Assembly: GCA_964057225.1 (NCBI GenBank)
Contig: CAXKVF010000101.1
Coordinates: 1-64,000, forward strand
DNA: 64,000 bases
Direction of reading: 5' to 3'
Source of the DNA: Auanema rhodensis
Lineage: Eukaryota; Animalia; Nematoda
The position numbers were made by a program, and so were the translations under genes. Under the pieces are notes generated by a model that saw nothing but the letters and a program-made list of their open reading frames with translations, was not told the DNA's origin and ran no database searches. Each line of letters starts with the position of its first letter. Position 1 is the first letter of the stretch. Shown one piece after another: positions 51,001 through 64,000 of the stretch.

Positions 51001-54000
51001 AAGATAAAGAGATGCGGTTTTCAAAATTAGATTCACCATGTCCATATTAGTCTAAAAACAAATTTTTATTGATATTGGTTCATGGTAACCATGACTTTGA
51101 AATTTACGTGAACTTTAATTTATGCTAATTAAATGTACACGTGATGTGCACTTGGTATGTAACTCGCTTCACGTGAAAGATAAAGAGATGCGGTTTTCAA
51201 AATTAGATTCCTCATGTCCATATTAGTCTAAAAACAAATTTTTATTGATATTGGTGCATGGTAACCATGACTTTGAAATTTACGTGAACTTTAATTTATG
51301 CTAATTAAATGTACACGTGATGTGCACTTGGTATGTAACTCGCTTCACGTGAAAGATAGAGAGATGCGGTTTTCAAAATTAGATTCCCCATGTCCATATT
51401 AGTCTAAAAACAAATTTTTATTGATATTGGTTCATGGTAACCATGACTTTGAAATTTACGTGAACTTTAATTTATGCTAATTAAATGTACACGTGATGTG
51501 CACTTGGTATGTAACTCGCTTCACGTGAAAGATAAAGAGATGCGGTTTTCAAAATTAGATTCCCCATGTCCATATTATTCTAAAAACAAATTTTTATTGA
51601 TATTGGTTCATGGTAACCATGACTTTGAAATTTACGTGAACTTTAATTTATGCTAATTAAATGTACACGTGATGTGCACTTGGTATGTAACTCGCTTCAC
51701 GTGAAAGATAAAGAGATGCGGTTTTCAAAATTAGATTCCCCATGTCCATATTATTCTAAAAACAAATTTTTATTGATATTGGTGCATGGTAACCATGACT
51801 TTGAAATTTACGTGAACTTTAATTTATGCTAATTAAATGTACACGTGATGTGCACTTGGTATGTAACTCGCTTCACGTGAAAGATAAAGAGATGCGGTTT
51901 TCAAAATTAGATTCCCCATGTCCATATTAGTCTAAAAACAAATTTTTATTGATATTGGTGCATGGTAACCATGACTTTGAAATTTACGTGAACTTTAATT
52001 TATGCTAATTAAATGTACACGTGATGTGCACTTGGTATGTAACTCGCTTCACGTGAAAGATGAAGAGATGCGGTTTTCAAAATTAGATTCCCCATGTCCA
52101 TATTAGTCTAAAAACAAATTTTTATTGCTATTGGTTCATGGTAACCATGACTTTGAAATTTACGTGAACTTTAATTTATGCTAATTAAATGTACACGTGA
52201 TGTGCACTTGGTATGTAACTCGCTTCACGTGAAAGATGAAGAGATGCGGTTTTCAAAATTAGATTCCCCATGTCCATATTAGTCTAAAAACAAATTTTTA
52301 TTGCTATTGGTTCATGGTAACCATGACTTTGAAATTTACGTGAACTTTAATTTATGCTAATTAAATGTACACGTGATGTGCACTTGGTATGTAACTCGCT
52401 TCACGTGAAAGATAAAGAGATGCGGTTTTCAAAATTAGATTCCCCATGTCCATATTAGTCTAAAAACAAATTTTTATTGATATTGGTTCATGGTAACCAT
52501 GACTTTGAAATTTACGTGAACTTTAATTTATGCTAATTAAATGTACACGTGATGTGCACTTGGTATGTAACTCGCTTCACGTGAAAGATAAAGAGATGCG
52601 GTTTTCAAAATTAGATTCACCATGTCCATATTAGTCTAAAAACAAATTTTTATTGATATTGGTTCATGGTAACCATGACTTTGAAATTTACGTGAACTTT
52701 AATTTATGCTAATTAAATGTACACGTGATGTGCACTTGGTATGTAACTCGCTTCACGTGAAAGATAAAGAGATGCGGTTTTCAAAATTAGATTCCCCATG
52801 TCCATATTAGTCTAAAAACAAATTTTTATTGATATTGGTGCATGGTAACCATGACTTTGAAATTTACGTGAACTTTAATTTATGCTAATTAAATGTACAC
52901 GTGATGTGCACTTGGTATGTAACTCGCTTCACGTGAAAGATAAAGAGATGCGGTTTTCAAAATTAGATTCCCCATGTCCATATTAGTCTAAAAACAAATT
53001 TTTATTGATATTGGTTCATGGTAACCATGACTTTGAAATTTACGTGAACTTTAATTTATGCTAATTAAATGTACACGTGATGTGCACTTGGTATGTAACT
53101 CGCTTCACGTGAAAGATAAAGAGATGCGGTTTTCAAAATTAGATTCCCCATGTCCATATTATTCTAAAAACAAATTTTTATTGATATTGGTTCATGGTAA
53201 CCATGACTTTGAAATTTACGTGAACTTTAATTTATGCTAATTAAATGCACACGTGATGTGCACTTGGTATGTAACTCGCTTCACGTGAAAGATAAAGAGA
53301 TGCGGTTTTCAAAGTTAGATTCCCCATGTCCATATTAGTCTAAAAACAAATTTTTATTGATATTGGTTCATGGTAACCATGACTTTGAAATTTACGTGAA
53401 CTTTAATTTATGCTAATTAAATGTACACGTGATGTGCACTTGGTATGTAACTCGCTTCACGTGAAAGATAAAGAGATGCGGTTTTCACAATTAGATTCCC
53501 CATGTCCATATTAGTCTAAAAACAAATTTTTATTGATATTGGTGCATGGTAACCATGACTTTGAAATTTACGTGAACTTTAATTTATGCTAATTAAATGT
53601 ACACGTGATGTGCACTTGGTATGTAACTCGCTTCACGTGAAAGATAAAGAGATGCGGTTTTCAAAATTAGATTCCCCATATCCATATTAGTCTAAAAACA
53701 AATTTTTATTGATATTGGTTCATGGTAACCATGACTTTGAAATTTACGTGAACTTTAATTTATGCTAATTAAATGTACACGTGATGTGCACTTGGTATGT
53801 AACTCGCTTCACGTGAAAGATAAAGAGATGCGGTTTTCAAAATTAGATTCCCCATGTCCATATTAGTCTAAAAACAAATTTTTATTGATATTGGTTCATG
53901 GTAACCATGACTTTGAAATTTACGTGAACTTTAATTTATGCTAATTAAATGTACACGTGATGTGCACTTGGTATGTAACTCGCTTCACGTGAAAGATAAA

Positions 54001-57000
54001 GAGATGCGGTTTTCAAAATTAGATTCCCCATGTCCGTATTAGTCTAAAAACAAATTTTTATTGATATTGGTTCATGGTAACCATGACTTTGAAATTTACG
54101 TGAACTTTAATTTATGCTAATTAAATGTACACGTGATGTGCACTTGGTATGTAACTCGCTTCACGTGAAAGATAAAGAGATGCGGTTTTCAAAATTAGAT
54201 TCACCATGTCCATATTAGTCTAAAAACAAATTTTTATTGATATTGGTTCATGGTAACCATGACTTTGAAATTTACGTGAACTTTAATTTATGCTAATTAA
54301 ATGTACACGTGATGTGCACTTGGTATGTAACTCGCTTCACGTGAAAGATAAAGAGATGCGGTTTTCAAAATTAGATTCCCCATGTCCATATTAGTCTAAA
54401 AACAACTTTTTATTGATATTGGTTCATGGTAACCATGACTTTGAATTTTACGTGAACTTTAATTTATGCTAATTAAATGTACACGTGATGTGCACTTGGT
54501 ATGTAACTCGCTTCACGTAAAAGATAAAGAGATGCGGTTTTCAAAATTAGATTCACCATGTCCATATTAGTCTAAAAACAAATTTTTATTGATATTGGTT
54601 CATGGTAACCATGACTTTGAATTTAACGTGAACTTTAATTTATGCTAATTAAATGTACACGTGATGTGCACTTGGTATGTAACTCGCTTCACGTGAAAGA
54701 TAAAGAGATGCGGTTTTTAAAATTAGATTTCCCATGTCCATATTAGTCTAAAAACAAATTTTTATTGATATTGGTGCATGGTAACCATGACTTTGAAATT
54801 TACGTGAACTTTAATTTATGCTAATTAAATGTACACGTGATGTGCACTTGGTATGTAACTCGCTTCACGTGAAAGATAAAAAGATGCGGTTTTCAAAATT
54901 AGATTCCCCATGTCCATATTAGTCTAAAAACAAATTTTTATTGATATTGGTGCATGGTAACCATGACTTTGAAATTTACGTGAACTTTAATTTATGCTAA
55001 TTAAATGTACACGTGATGTGCACTTGGTATGTAACTCGCTTCACGTGAAAGATAAAGAGATGCGGTTTTCAAAATTAGATTCCCCATGTCCATATTAGTC
55101 TAAAAACAAATTTTTATTGATATTGGTTCATGGTAACCATGACTTTGAAATTTACGTGAACTTTAATTTATGCTAATTAAATGTACACGTGATGTGCACT
55201 TGGTATGTAACTCGCTTCACGTGAAAGATAAAGAGATGCGGTTTTCAAAATTAGATTCACCATGTCCATATTAGTCTAAAAACAAATTTTTATTGATATT
55301 GGTTCATGGTAACCATGACTTTGAATTTAACGTGAACTTTAATTTATGCTAATTAAATGTACACGTGATGTGCACTTGGTATGTAACTCGCTTCACGTGA
55401 AAGATAAAGAGATGCGGTTTTCAAAATTAGATTCCCCATGTCCATATTAGTCTAAAAACAAATTTTTATTGATATTGGTGCATGGTAACCATGACTTTGA
55501 AATTTACGTGAACTTTAATTTATGCTAATTAAATGTACACGTGATGTGCACTTGGTATGTAACTCGCTTCACGTGAAAGATAAAGAGATGCGGTTTTCAA
55601 AATTAGATTCCCCATGTCCATATTAGTCTAAAAACAAATTTTTATTGATATTGGTTCATGGTAACCATGACTTTGAAATTTACGTGAACTTTAATTTATG
55701 CTAATTAAATGTACACGTGATGTGCACTTGGTATGTAACTCGCTTCACGTGAAAGATAAAGAGATGCGGTTTTCAAAATTAGATTCACCATGTCCATATT
55801 AGTCTAAAAACAAATTTTTATTGATATTGGTTCATGGTAACCATGACTTTGAATTTAACGTGAACTTTAATTTAAGCTAATTAAATGTACACGTGATGTG
55901 CACTTGGTATGTAACTTGCTTCACGTGAAAGATAAAGAGATGCGGTTTTCAAAATTAGATTCCCCATGTCCATATTAGTCTAAAAACAAATTTTTATTGA
56001 TATTGGTGCATGGTAACCATGACTTTGAAATTTACGTGAACTTTAATTTATGCTAATTAAATGTACACGTGATGTGCACTTGGTATGTAACTCGCTTCAC
56101 GTGAAAGATAAAGAGATGCGGTTTTCAAAATTAGATTCCCCATGTCCATATTAGTCTAAAAACAAATTTTTATTGATATTGGTTCATGGTAACCATGACT
56201 TTGAAATTTACGTGAACTTTAATTTATGCTAATTAAATGTACACGTGATGTGCACTTGGTATGTAACTCGCTTCACGTGAAAGATAAAGAGATGCGGTTT
56301 TCAAAATTAGATTCCCCATGTCCATATTAGTCTAAAAACAAATTTTTATTGATATTGGTTCATGGTAACCATGACTTTGAAATTTACGTGAACTTTAATT
56401 TATGCTAATTAAATGTACACGTGATGTGCACTTGGTATGTAACTCGCTTCACGTGAAAGATAAAGAGATGCGGTTTTCAAAATTAGATTCACCATGTCCA
56501 TATTAGTCTAAAAACAAATTTTTATTGATATTGGTTCATGGTAACCATGACTTTGAATTTAACGTGAACTTTAATTTAAGCTAATTAAATGTACACGTGA
56601 TGTGCACTTGGTATGTAACTCGCTTCACGTGAAAGATAAAGAGATGCGGTTTTCAAAATTAGATTCCCCATGTCCATATTAGTCTAAAAACAAATTTTTA
56701 TTGATATTGGTGCATGGTAACCATGACTTTGAAATTTACGTGAACTTTAATTTATGCTAATTAAATGTACACGTGATGTGCACTTGGTATGTAACTCGCT
56801 TCACGTGAAAGATAAAGAGATGCGGTTTTCAAAATTAGATTCCCCATGTCCATATTAGTCTAAAAACAAATTTTTATTGATATTGGTTCATGGTAACCAT
56901 GACTTTGAAATTTACGTGAACTTTAATTTATGCTAATTAAATGTACACGTGATGTGCACTTGGTATGTAACTCGCTTCACGTGAAAGATAAAGAGATGCG

Positions 57001-58432
57001 GTTTTTAAAATTAGATTCCCCATGTCCATATTAGTCTAAAAACAAATTTTTATTGATATTGGTGCATGGTAACCATGACTTTGAAATTTACGTGAACTTT
57101 AATTTATGCTAATTAAATGTACACGTGATGTGCACTTGGTATGTAACTCGCTTCACGTGAAAGATAAAAAGATGCGGTTTTCAAAATTAGATTCCCCATG
57201 TCCATATTAGTCTAAAAACAAATTTTTATTGATATTGGTGCATGGTAACCATGACTTTGAAATTTACGTGAACTTTAATTTATGCTAATTAAATGTACAC
57301 GTGATGTGCACTTGGTATGTAACTCGCTTCACGTGAAAGATAAAAAGATGCGGTTTTCAAAATTAGATTCCCCATGTCCATATTAGTCTAAAAACAAATT
57401 TTTATTGATATTGGTGCATGGTAACCATGACTTTGAAATTTACGTGAACTTTAATTTATGCTAATTAAATGTACACGTGATGTGCACTTGGTATGTAACT
57501 CGCTTCACGTGAAAGATAAAGAGATGCGGTTTTCAAAATTAGATTCCCCATGTCCATATTAGTCTAAAAACAAATTTTTATTGATATTGGTGCATGGTAA
57601 CCATGACTTTGAAATTTACGTGAACTTTAATTTATGCTAATTAAATGTACACGTGATGTGCACTTGGTATGTAACTCGCTTCACGTGAAAGATGAAGAGA
57701 TGCGGTTTTCAAAATTAGATTCCCCATGTCCATATTAGTCTAAAAACAAATTTTTATTGATATTGGTTCATGGTAACCATGACTTTGAAATTTACGTGAA
57801 CTTTAATTTATGCTAATTAAGTGTACACGTGATGTGCACTTGGTATGTAACTCGCTTCACGTGAAAGATAAAGAGATGCGGTTTTCAAAATTAGATTCCC
57901 CATGTCCATATTAGTCTAAAAACAAATTTTTATTGATATTGGTGCATGGTAACCATGACTTTGAAATTTACGTGAACTTTAATTTATGCTAATTAAATGT
58001 ACACGTGATGTGCACTTGGTATGTAACTCGCTTCACGTGAAAGATAAAGAGATGCGGTTTTCAAAATTAGATTCCCCATGTCCATATTAGTCTAAAAACA
58101 AATTTTTATTGATATTGGTTCATGGTAACCATGACTCTCAAATTTACGTGAACTTTAATTTATGCTAATTAAATGTACACGTGATGTGCACTTGGTATGT
58201 AACTCGCTTCACGTGAAAGATAAAGAGATGCGGTTTTCAAAATTAGATTCCCCATGTCCATATTAGTCTAAAAACAAATTTTTATTGATATTGGTTCATG
58301 GTAACCATGACTTTGAAATTTACGTGAACTTTAATTTATGCTAATTAAATGTACACGTGATGTGCACTTGGTATGTAACTCGCTTCACGTGAAAGATAAA
58401 GAGATGCGGTTTTCAAAATTAGATTCCCCATG

Positions 58433-61400
58433 TCCATATTAGTCTAAAAACAAATTTTTATTGATATTGGTTCATGGTAACCATGACTTTGAAATTTACG
58501 TGAACTTTAATTTATGCTAATTAAATGTACACGTGATGTGCACTTGGTATGTAACTCGCTTCACGTGAAAGATAAAGAGATGCGGTTTTCAAAATTAGAT
58601 TCACCATGTCCATATTAGTCTAAAAACAAATTTTTATTGATATTGGTTCATGGTAACCATGACTTTGAAATTTACGTGAACTTTAATTTATGCTAATTAA
58701 ATGTACACGTGATGTGCACTTGGTATGTAACTCGCTTCACGTGAAAGATAAAGAGATGCGGTTTTCAAAATTAGATTCCCCATGTCCATATTAGTCTAAA
58801 AACAAATTTTTATTGATATTGGTTCATGGTAACCATGACTTTGAATTTTACGTGAACTTTAATTTATGCTAATTAAATGTACACGTGATGTGCACTTGGT
58901 ATGTAACTCGCTTCACGTGAAAGATAAAGAGATGCGGTTTTCAAAATTAGATTCCCCATGTCCATATTAGTCTAAAAACAAATTTTTATTGATATTGGTG
59001 CATGGTAACCATGACTTTGAAATTTACGTGAACTTTAATTTATGCTAATTAAATGTACACGTGATGTGCACTTGGTATGTAACTCGCTTCACGTGAAAGA
59101 TAAAGAGATGCGGTTTTCAAAATTAGATTCCCCATGTCCATATTAGTCTAAAAACAAATTTTTATTGATATTGGTTCATGGTAACCATGACTTTGAAATT
59201 TACGTGAACTTTAATTTATGCTAATTAAATGTACACGTGATGTGCACTTGGTATGTAACTCGCTTCACGTGAAAGATAAAGAGATGCGGTTTTTAAAATT
59301 AGATTCCCGATGTCCATATTAGTCTAAAAACAAATTTTTATTGATATTGGTGCATGGTAACCATGACTTTGAAATTTACGTGAACTTTAATTTATGCTAA
59401 TTAAATGTACACGTGATGTGCACTTGGTATGTAACTCGCTTCACGTGAAAGATAAAAAGATGCGGTTTTCAAAATTAGATTCCCCATGTCCATATTAGTC
59501 TAAAAACAAATTTTTATTGATATTGGTGCATGGTAACCATGACTTTGAAATTTACGTGAACTTTAATTTATGCTAATTAAATGTACACGTGATGTGCACT
59601 TGGTATGTAACTCGCTTCACGTGAAAGATAAAGAGATGCGGTTTTCAAAATTAGATTCCCCATGTCCATATTAGTCTAAAAACAAATTTTTATTGATATT
59701 GGTTCATGGTAACCATGACTTTGAAATTTACGTGAACTTTAATTTATGCTAATTAAATGTACACGTGATGTGCACTTGGTATGTAACTCGCTTCACGTGA
59801 AAGACAAAGAGATGCGGTTTTCAAAATTAGATTCACCATGTCCATATTAGTCTAAAAACAAATTTTTATTGATATTGGTTCATGGTAACCATGACTTTGA
59901 ATTTAACGTGAACTTTAATTTATGCTAATTAAATGTACACGTGATGTGCACTTGGTATGTAACTCGCTTCACGTGAAAGATAAAGAGATGCGGTTTTCAA
60001 AATTAGATTCCCCATGTCCATATTAGTCTAAAAACAAATTTTTATTGATATTGGTGCATGGTAACCATGACTTTGAAATTTACGTGAACTTTAATTTATG
60101 CTAATTAAATGTACACGTGATGTGCACTTGGTATGTAACTCGCTTCACGTGAAAGATAAAGAGATGCGGTTTTCAAAATTAGATTCCCCATGTCCATATT
60201 AGTCTAAAAACAAATTTTTATTGATATTGGTTCATGGTAACCATGACTTTGAAATTTACGTGAACTTTAATTTATGCTAATTAAATGTACACGTGATGTG
60301 CACTTGGTATGTAACTCGCTTCACGTGAAAGATAAAGAGATGCGGTTTTCAAAATTAGATTCACCATGTCCATATTAGTCTAAAAACAAATTTTTATTGA
60401 TATTGGTTCATGGTAACCATGACTTTGAATTTAACGTGAACTTTAATTTAAGCTAATTAAATGTACACGTGATGTGCACTTGGTATGTAACTCGCTTCAC
60501 GTGAAAGATAAAGAGATGCGGTTTTCAAAATTAGATTCCCCATGTCCATATTAGTCTAAAAACAAATTTTTATTGATATTGCTTCATGGTAACCATGACT
60601 TTGAAATTTACGTGAACTTTAATTTATGCTAATTAAATGTACACGTGATGTGCACTTGGTATGTAACTCGCTTCACGTGAAAGATAAAGAGATGCGGTTT
60701 TCAAAATTAGATTCCCCATGTCCATATTAGTCTAAAAACAAATTTTTATTGATATTGGTTCATGGTAACCATGACTTTGAAATTTACGTGAACTTTAATT
60801 TATGCTAATTAAATGTACACGTGATGTGCACTTGGTATGTAACTCGCTTCACGTGAAAGATAAAGAGATGCGGTTTTCAAAATTAGATACCCCATGTCCA
60901 TATTAGTCTAAAAACAAATTTTTATTGATATTGGTTCATGGTAACCATGACTTTGAAATTTACGTGAACTTTAATTTATGCTAATTAAATGTACACGTGA
61001 TGTGCACTTGGTATGTAACTCGCTTCACGTGAGAGATAAAGAGATGCGGTTTTCAAAATTAGATTCCCCATGTCCATAGTAGTCTAAAAACAAATTTTTA
61101 TTGATATTGGTGCATGGTAACCATGACTTTGAAATTTACGTGAACTTTAATTTATGCTAATTAAATGTACACGTGATGTGCACTTGGTATGTAACTCGCT
61201 TCACGTGAAAGATAAAGAGATGCGGTTTTCAAAATTAGATTCACCATGTCCATATTAGTCTAAAAACAAATTTTTATTGATATTGGTTCATGGTAACCAT
61301 GACTTTGAATTTAACGTGAACTTTAATTTAAGCTAATTAAATGTACACGTGATGTGCACTTGGTATGTAACTTGCTTCACGTGAAAGATAAAGAGATGCG

Positions 61401-64000
61401 GTTTTCAAAATTAGATTCCCCATGTCCATATTAGTCTAAAAACAAATTTTTATTGATATTGGTTCATGGTAACCATGACTTTGAAATTTACGTGAACTTT
61501 AATTTATGCTAATTAAATGTACACGTGATGTGCACTTGGTATGTAACTCGCTTCACGTGAAAGATAAAGAGATGCGGTTTTCAAAATTAGATACCCCATG
61601 TCCATATTAGTCTAAAAACAAATTTTTATTGATATTGGTTCATGGTAACCATGACTTTGAAATTTACGTGAACTTTAATTTATGCTAATTAAATGTACAC
61701 GTGATGTGCACTTGGTATGTAACTCGCTTCACGTGAAAGATAAAGAGATGCGGTTTTCAAAATTAGATTCACCATGTCCATATTAGTCTAAAAACAAATT
61801 TTTATTGATATTGGTTCATGGTAACCATGACTTTGAAATTTACGTGAACTTTAATTTATGCTAATTAAATGTACACGTGATGTGCACTTGGTATGTAACT
61901 CGCTTCACGTGAAAGATAAAGAGATGCGGTTTTCAAAATTAGATTCCCCATGTCCATATTAGTCTAAAAACAAATTTTTATTGATATTGGTTCATGGTAA
62001 CCATGACTTTGAATTTTACGTGAACTTTAATTTATGCTAATTAAATGTACACGTGATGTGCACTTGGTATGTAACTCGCTTCACGTGAAAGATAAAGAGA
62101 TGCGGTTTTCAAAATTAGATTCCCCATGTCCATATTAGTCTAAAAACAAATTTTTATTGATATTGGTGCATGGTAACCATGACTTTGAAATTTACGTGAA
62201 CTTTAATTTATGCTAATTAAATGTACACGTGATGTGCACTTGGTATGTAACTCGCTTCACGTGAAAGATAAAGAGATGCGGTTTTCAAAATTAGATTCCC
62301 CATGTCCATATTAGTCTAAAAACAAATTTTTATTGATATTGGTTCATGGTAACCATGACTTTGAAATTTACGTGAACTTTAATTTATGCTAATTAAATGT
62401 ACACGTGATGTGCACTTGGTATGTAACTCGCTTCACGTGAAAGATAAAGAGATGCGGTTTTTAAAATTAGATTCCCGATGTCCATATTAGTCTAAAAACA
62501 AATTTTTATTGATATTGGTGCATGGTAACCATGACTTTGAAATTTACGTGAACTTTAATTTATGCTAATTAAATGTACACGTGATGTGCACTTGGTATGT
62601 AACTCGCTTCACGTGAAAGATAAAAAGATGCGGTTTTCAAAATTAGATTCCCCATGTCCATATTAGTCTAAAAACAAATTTTTATTGATATTGGTGCATG
62701 GTAACCATGACTTTGAAATTTACGTGAACTTTAATTTATGCTAATTAAATGTACACGTGATGTGCACTTGGTATGTAACTCGCTTCACGTGAAAGATAAA
62801 GAGATGCGGTTTTCAAAATTAGATTCCCCATGTCCATATTAGTCTAAAAACAAATTTTTATTGATATTGGTTCATGGTAACCATGACTTTGAAATTTACG
62901 TGAACTTTAATTTATGCTAATTAAATGTACACGTGATGTGCACTTGGTATGTAACTCGCTTCACGTGAAAGACAAAGAGATGCGGTTTTCAAAATTAGAT
63001 TCACCATGTCCATATTAGTCTAAAAACAAATTTTTATTGATATTGGTTCATGGTAACCATGACTTTGAATTTAACGTGAACTTTAATTTATGCTAATTAA
63101 ATGTACACGTGATGTGCACTTGGTATGTAACTCGCTTCACGTGAAAGATAAAGAGATGCGGTTTTCAAAATTAGATTCCCCATGTCCATATTAGTCTAAA
63201 AACAAATTTTTATTGATATTGGTGCATGGTAACCATGACTTTGAAATTTACGTGAACTTTAATTTATGCTAATTAAATGTACACGTGATGTGCACTTGGT
63301 ATGTAACTCGCTTCACGTGAAAGATAAAGAGATGCGGTTTTCAAAATTAGATTCCCCATGTCCATATTAGTCTAAAAACAAATTTTTATTGATATTGGTT
63401 CATGGTAACCATGACTTTGAAATTTACGTGAACTTTAATTTATGCTAATTAAATGTACACGTGATGTGCACTTGGTATGTAACTCGCTTCACGTGAAAGA
63501 TAAAGAGATGCGGTTTTCAAAATTAGATTCACCATGTCCATATTAGTCTAAAAACAAATTTTTATTGATATTGGTTCATGGTAACCATGACTTTGAATTT
63601 AACGTGAACTTTAATTTAAGCTAATTAAATGTACACGTGATGTGCACTTGGTATGTAACTCGCTTCACGTGAAAGATAAAGAGATGCGGTTTTCAAAATT
63701 AGATTCCCCATGTCCATATTAGTCTAAAAACAAATTTTTATTGATATTGCTTCATGGTAACCATGACTTTGAAATTTACGTGAACTTTAATTTATGCTAA
63801 TTAAATGTACACGTGATGTGCACTTGGTATGTAACTCGCTTCACGTGAAAGATAAAGAGATGCGGTTTTCAAAATTAGATTCCCCATGTCCATATTAGTC
63901 TAAAAACAAATTTTTATTGATATTGGTTCATGGTAACCATGACTTTGAAATTTACGTGAACTTTAATTTATGCTAATTAAATGTACACGTGATGTGCACT
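58433..64000 (+). repeat. Duplication with 18-monomer (3168-bp) offset, second copy truncated by the window end
   Basis: Variants C173G (59309, 62477), T141C (59805, 62973) and G38C (60582, 63750) are each exactly 3168 bp apart. Confidence 0.9.

Larger units (their letters stand above)
1..64000. repeat. 176-bp tandem satellite DNA array, ~363.6 head-to-tail monomers, likely centromeric/pericentromeric; extends beyond both window edges
   Basis: TCCATATTAG recurs at 1, 178, 354, 530 ... 2642 ... 40658, 40833 ... 63889, i.e. a 176-bp period throughout except M1 (177 bp) and M232 (175 bp). The consensus has 56/176 G+C. No non-monomer sequence seen. The centromeric assignment is inference only. 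Confidence 0.99.
39250..64000 (+). repeat. Satellite variant domain B, second block, continuing into a B-like region with new private variants after ~50.5 kb
   Basis: C171A and A62T+T65A throughout; G38C seen only at 60582 and 63750; G145A, T83A, G10T and A32C seen only after 50.5 kb. Confidence 0.8.

Noticed and set aside
51474-51832. Two overlapping 60-aa ORFs
   Set aside because: Same artefact: TAG to TAT by G10T at 51578 and 51754 in adjacent monomers.
53058-53240. 60-aa ORF
   Set aside because: Same G10T variant (53162), inherited by local duplication; no evidence of coding function.
1-64000. CRISPR-like array (regular palindromic repeats)
   Set aside because: There are no unique spacers; the entire 176 bp is repeated, and no cas genes or leader are present.
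1-64000. Tandem RNA gene cluster (5S rRNA, tRNA, snRNA, spliced leader)
   Set aside because: I see no recognisable 5S, tRNA cloverleaf, Pol III A/B box or snRNA sequence. An Rfam cmscan would be the formal test.
1-64000. Pure sequencing or rolling-circle concatemer artefact
   Set aside because: Variants are substitutions that recur in ordered, nested blocks at multiples of 176 with almost no indels, which random read error on one template would not produce. Local mis-joins cannot be excluded.
1-64000. One fixed-period higher-order repeat, or information encoded in the allele order at pos 37-40
   Set aside because: Offsets vary locally (3 to 18 and 94 to 122 monomers) and are explained by nested duplication; there is no global period and no evidence of a read-out mechanism.

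Overview
The whole 64-kb window is one uninterrupted, single-orientation, head-to-tail array of a 176-bp AT-rich (~32% GC) satellite monomer: 363 complete copies plus a 112-bp partial copy. Consensus, phased from window position 1 (exact example at 354-529): TCCATATTAGTCTAAAAACAAATTTTTATTGATATTGGTTCATGGTAACCATGACTTTGAAATTTACGTGAACTTTAATTTATGCTAATTAAATGTACACGTGATGTGCACTTGGTATGTAACTCGCTTCACGTGAAAGATAAAGAGATGCGGTTTTCAAAATTAGATTCCCCATG. Most copies differ from it by 0-3 substitutions, and I saw only two 1-bp indels (at 131 and ~40686). I found no genes, RNA genes, transposon insertions, CRISPR spacers or inversions. The four listed ORFs are artefacts of point mutations in one in-frame TAG. Monomer size, homogeneity and dense dyad symmetry fit a eukaryotic centromeric or pericentromeric satellite; this is inference, and I cannot name the organism or family. 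Reading the variants monomer by monomer shows hidden structure: two alternating variant subfamilies, a ~16.5-19 kb tandem macro-duplication, and nested 3-, 4-, 5-, 9-, 12-, 14-, 16- and 18-monomer duplications. It also shows a near-invariant E-box-containing segment and no CpG depletion. Variant calls were made by eye, so isolated singletons may have been missed. I cannot support a novel gene-encoded system here. Monomer positions (pos N) count from the first T of TCCATATTAG; Mn is the nth monomer in the window.
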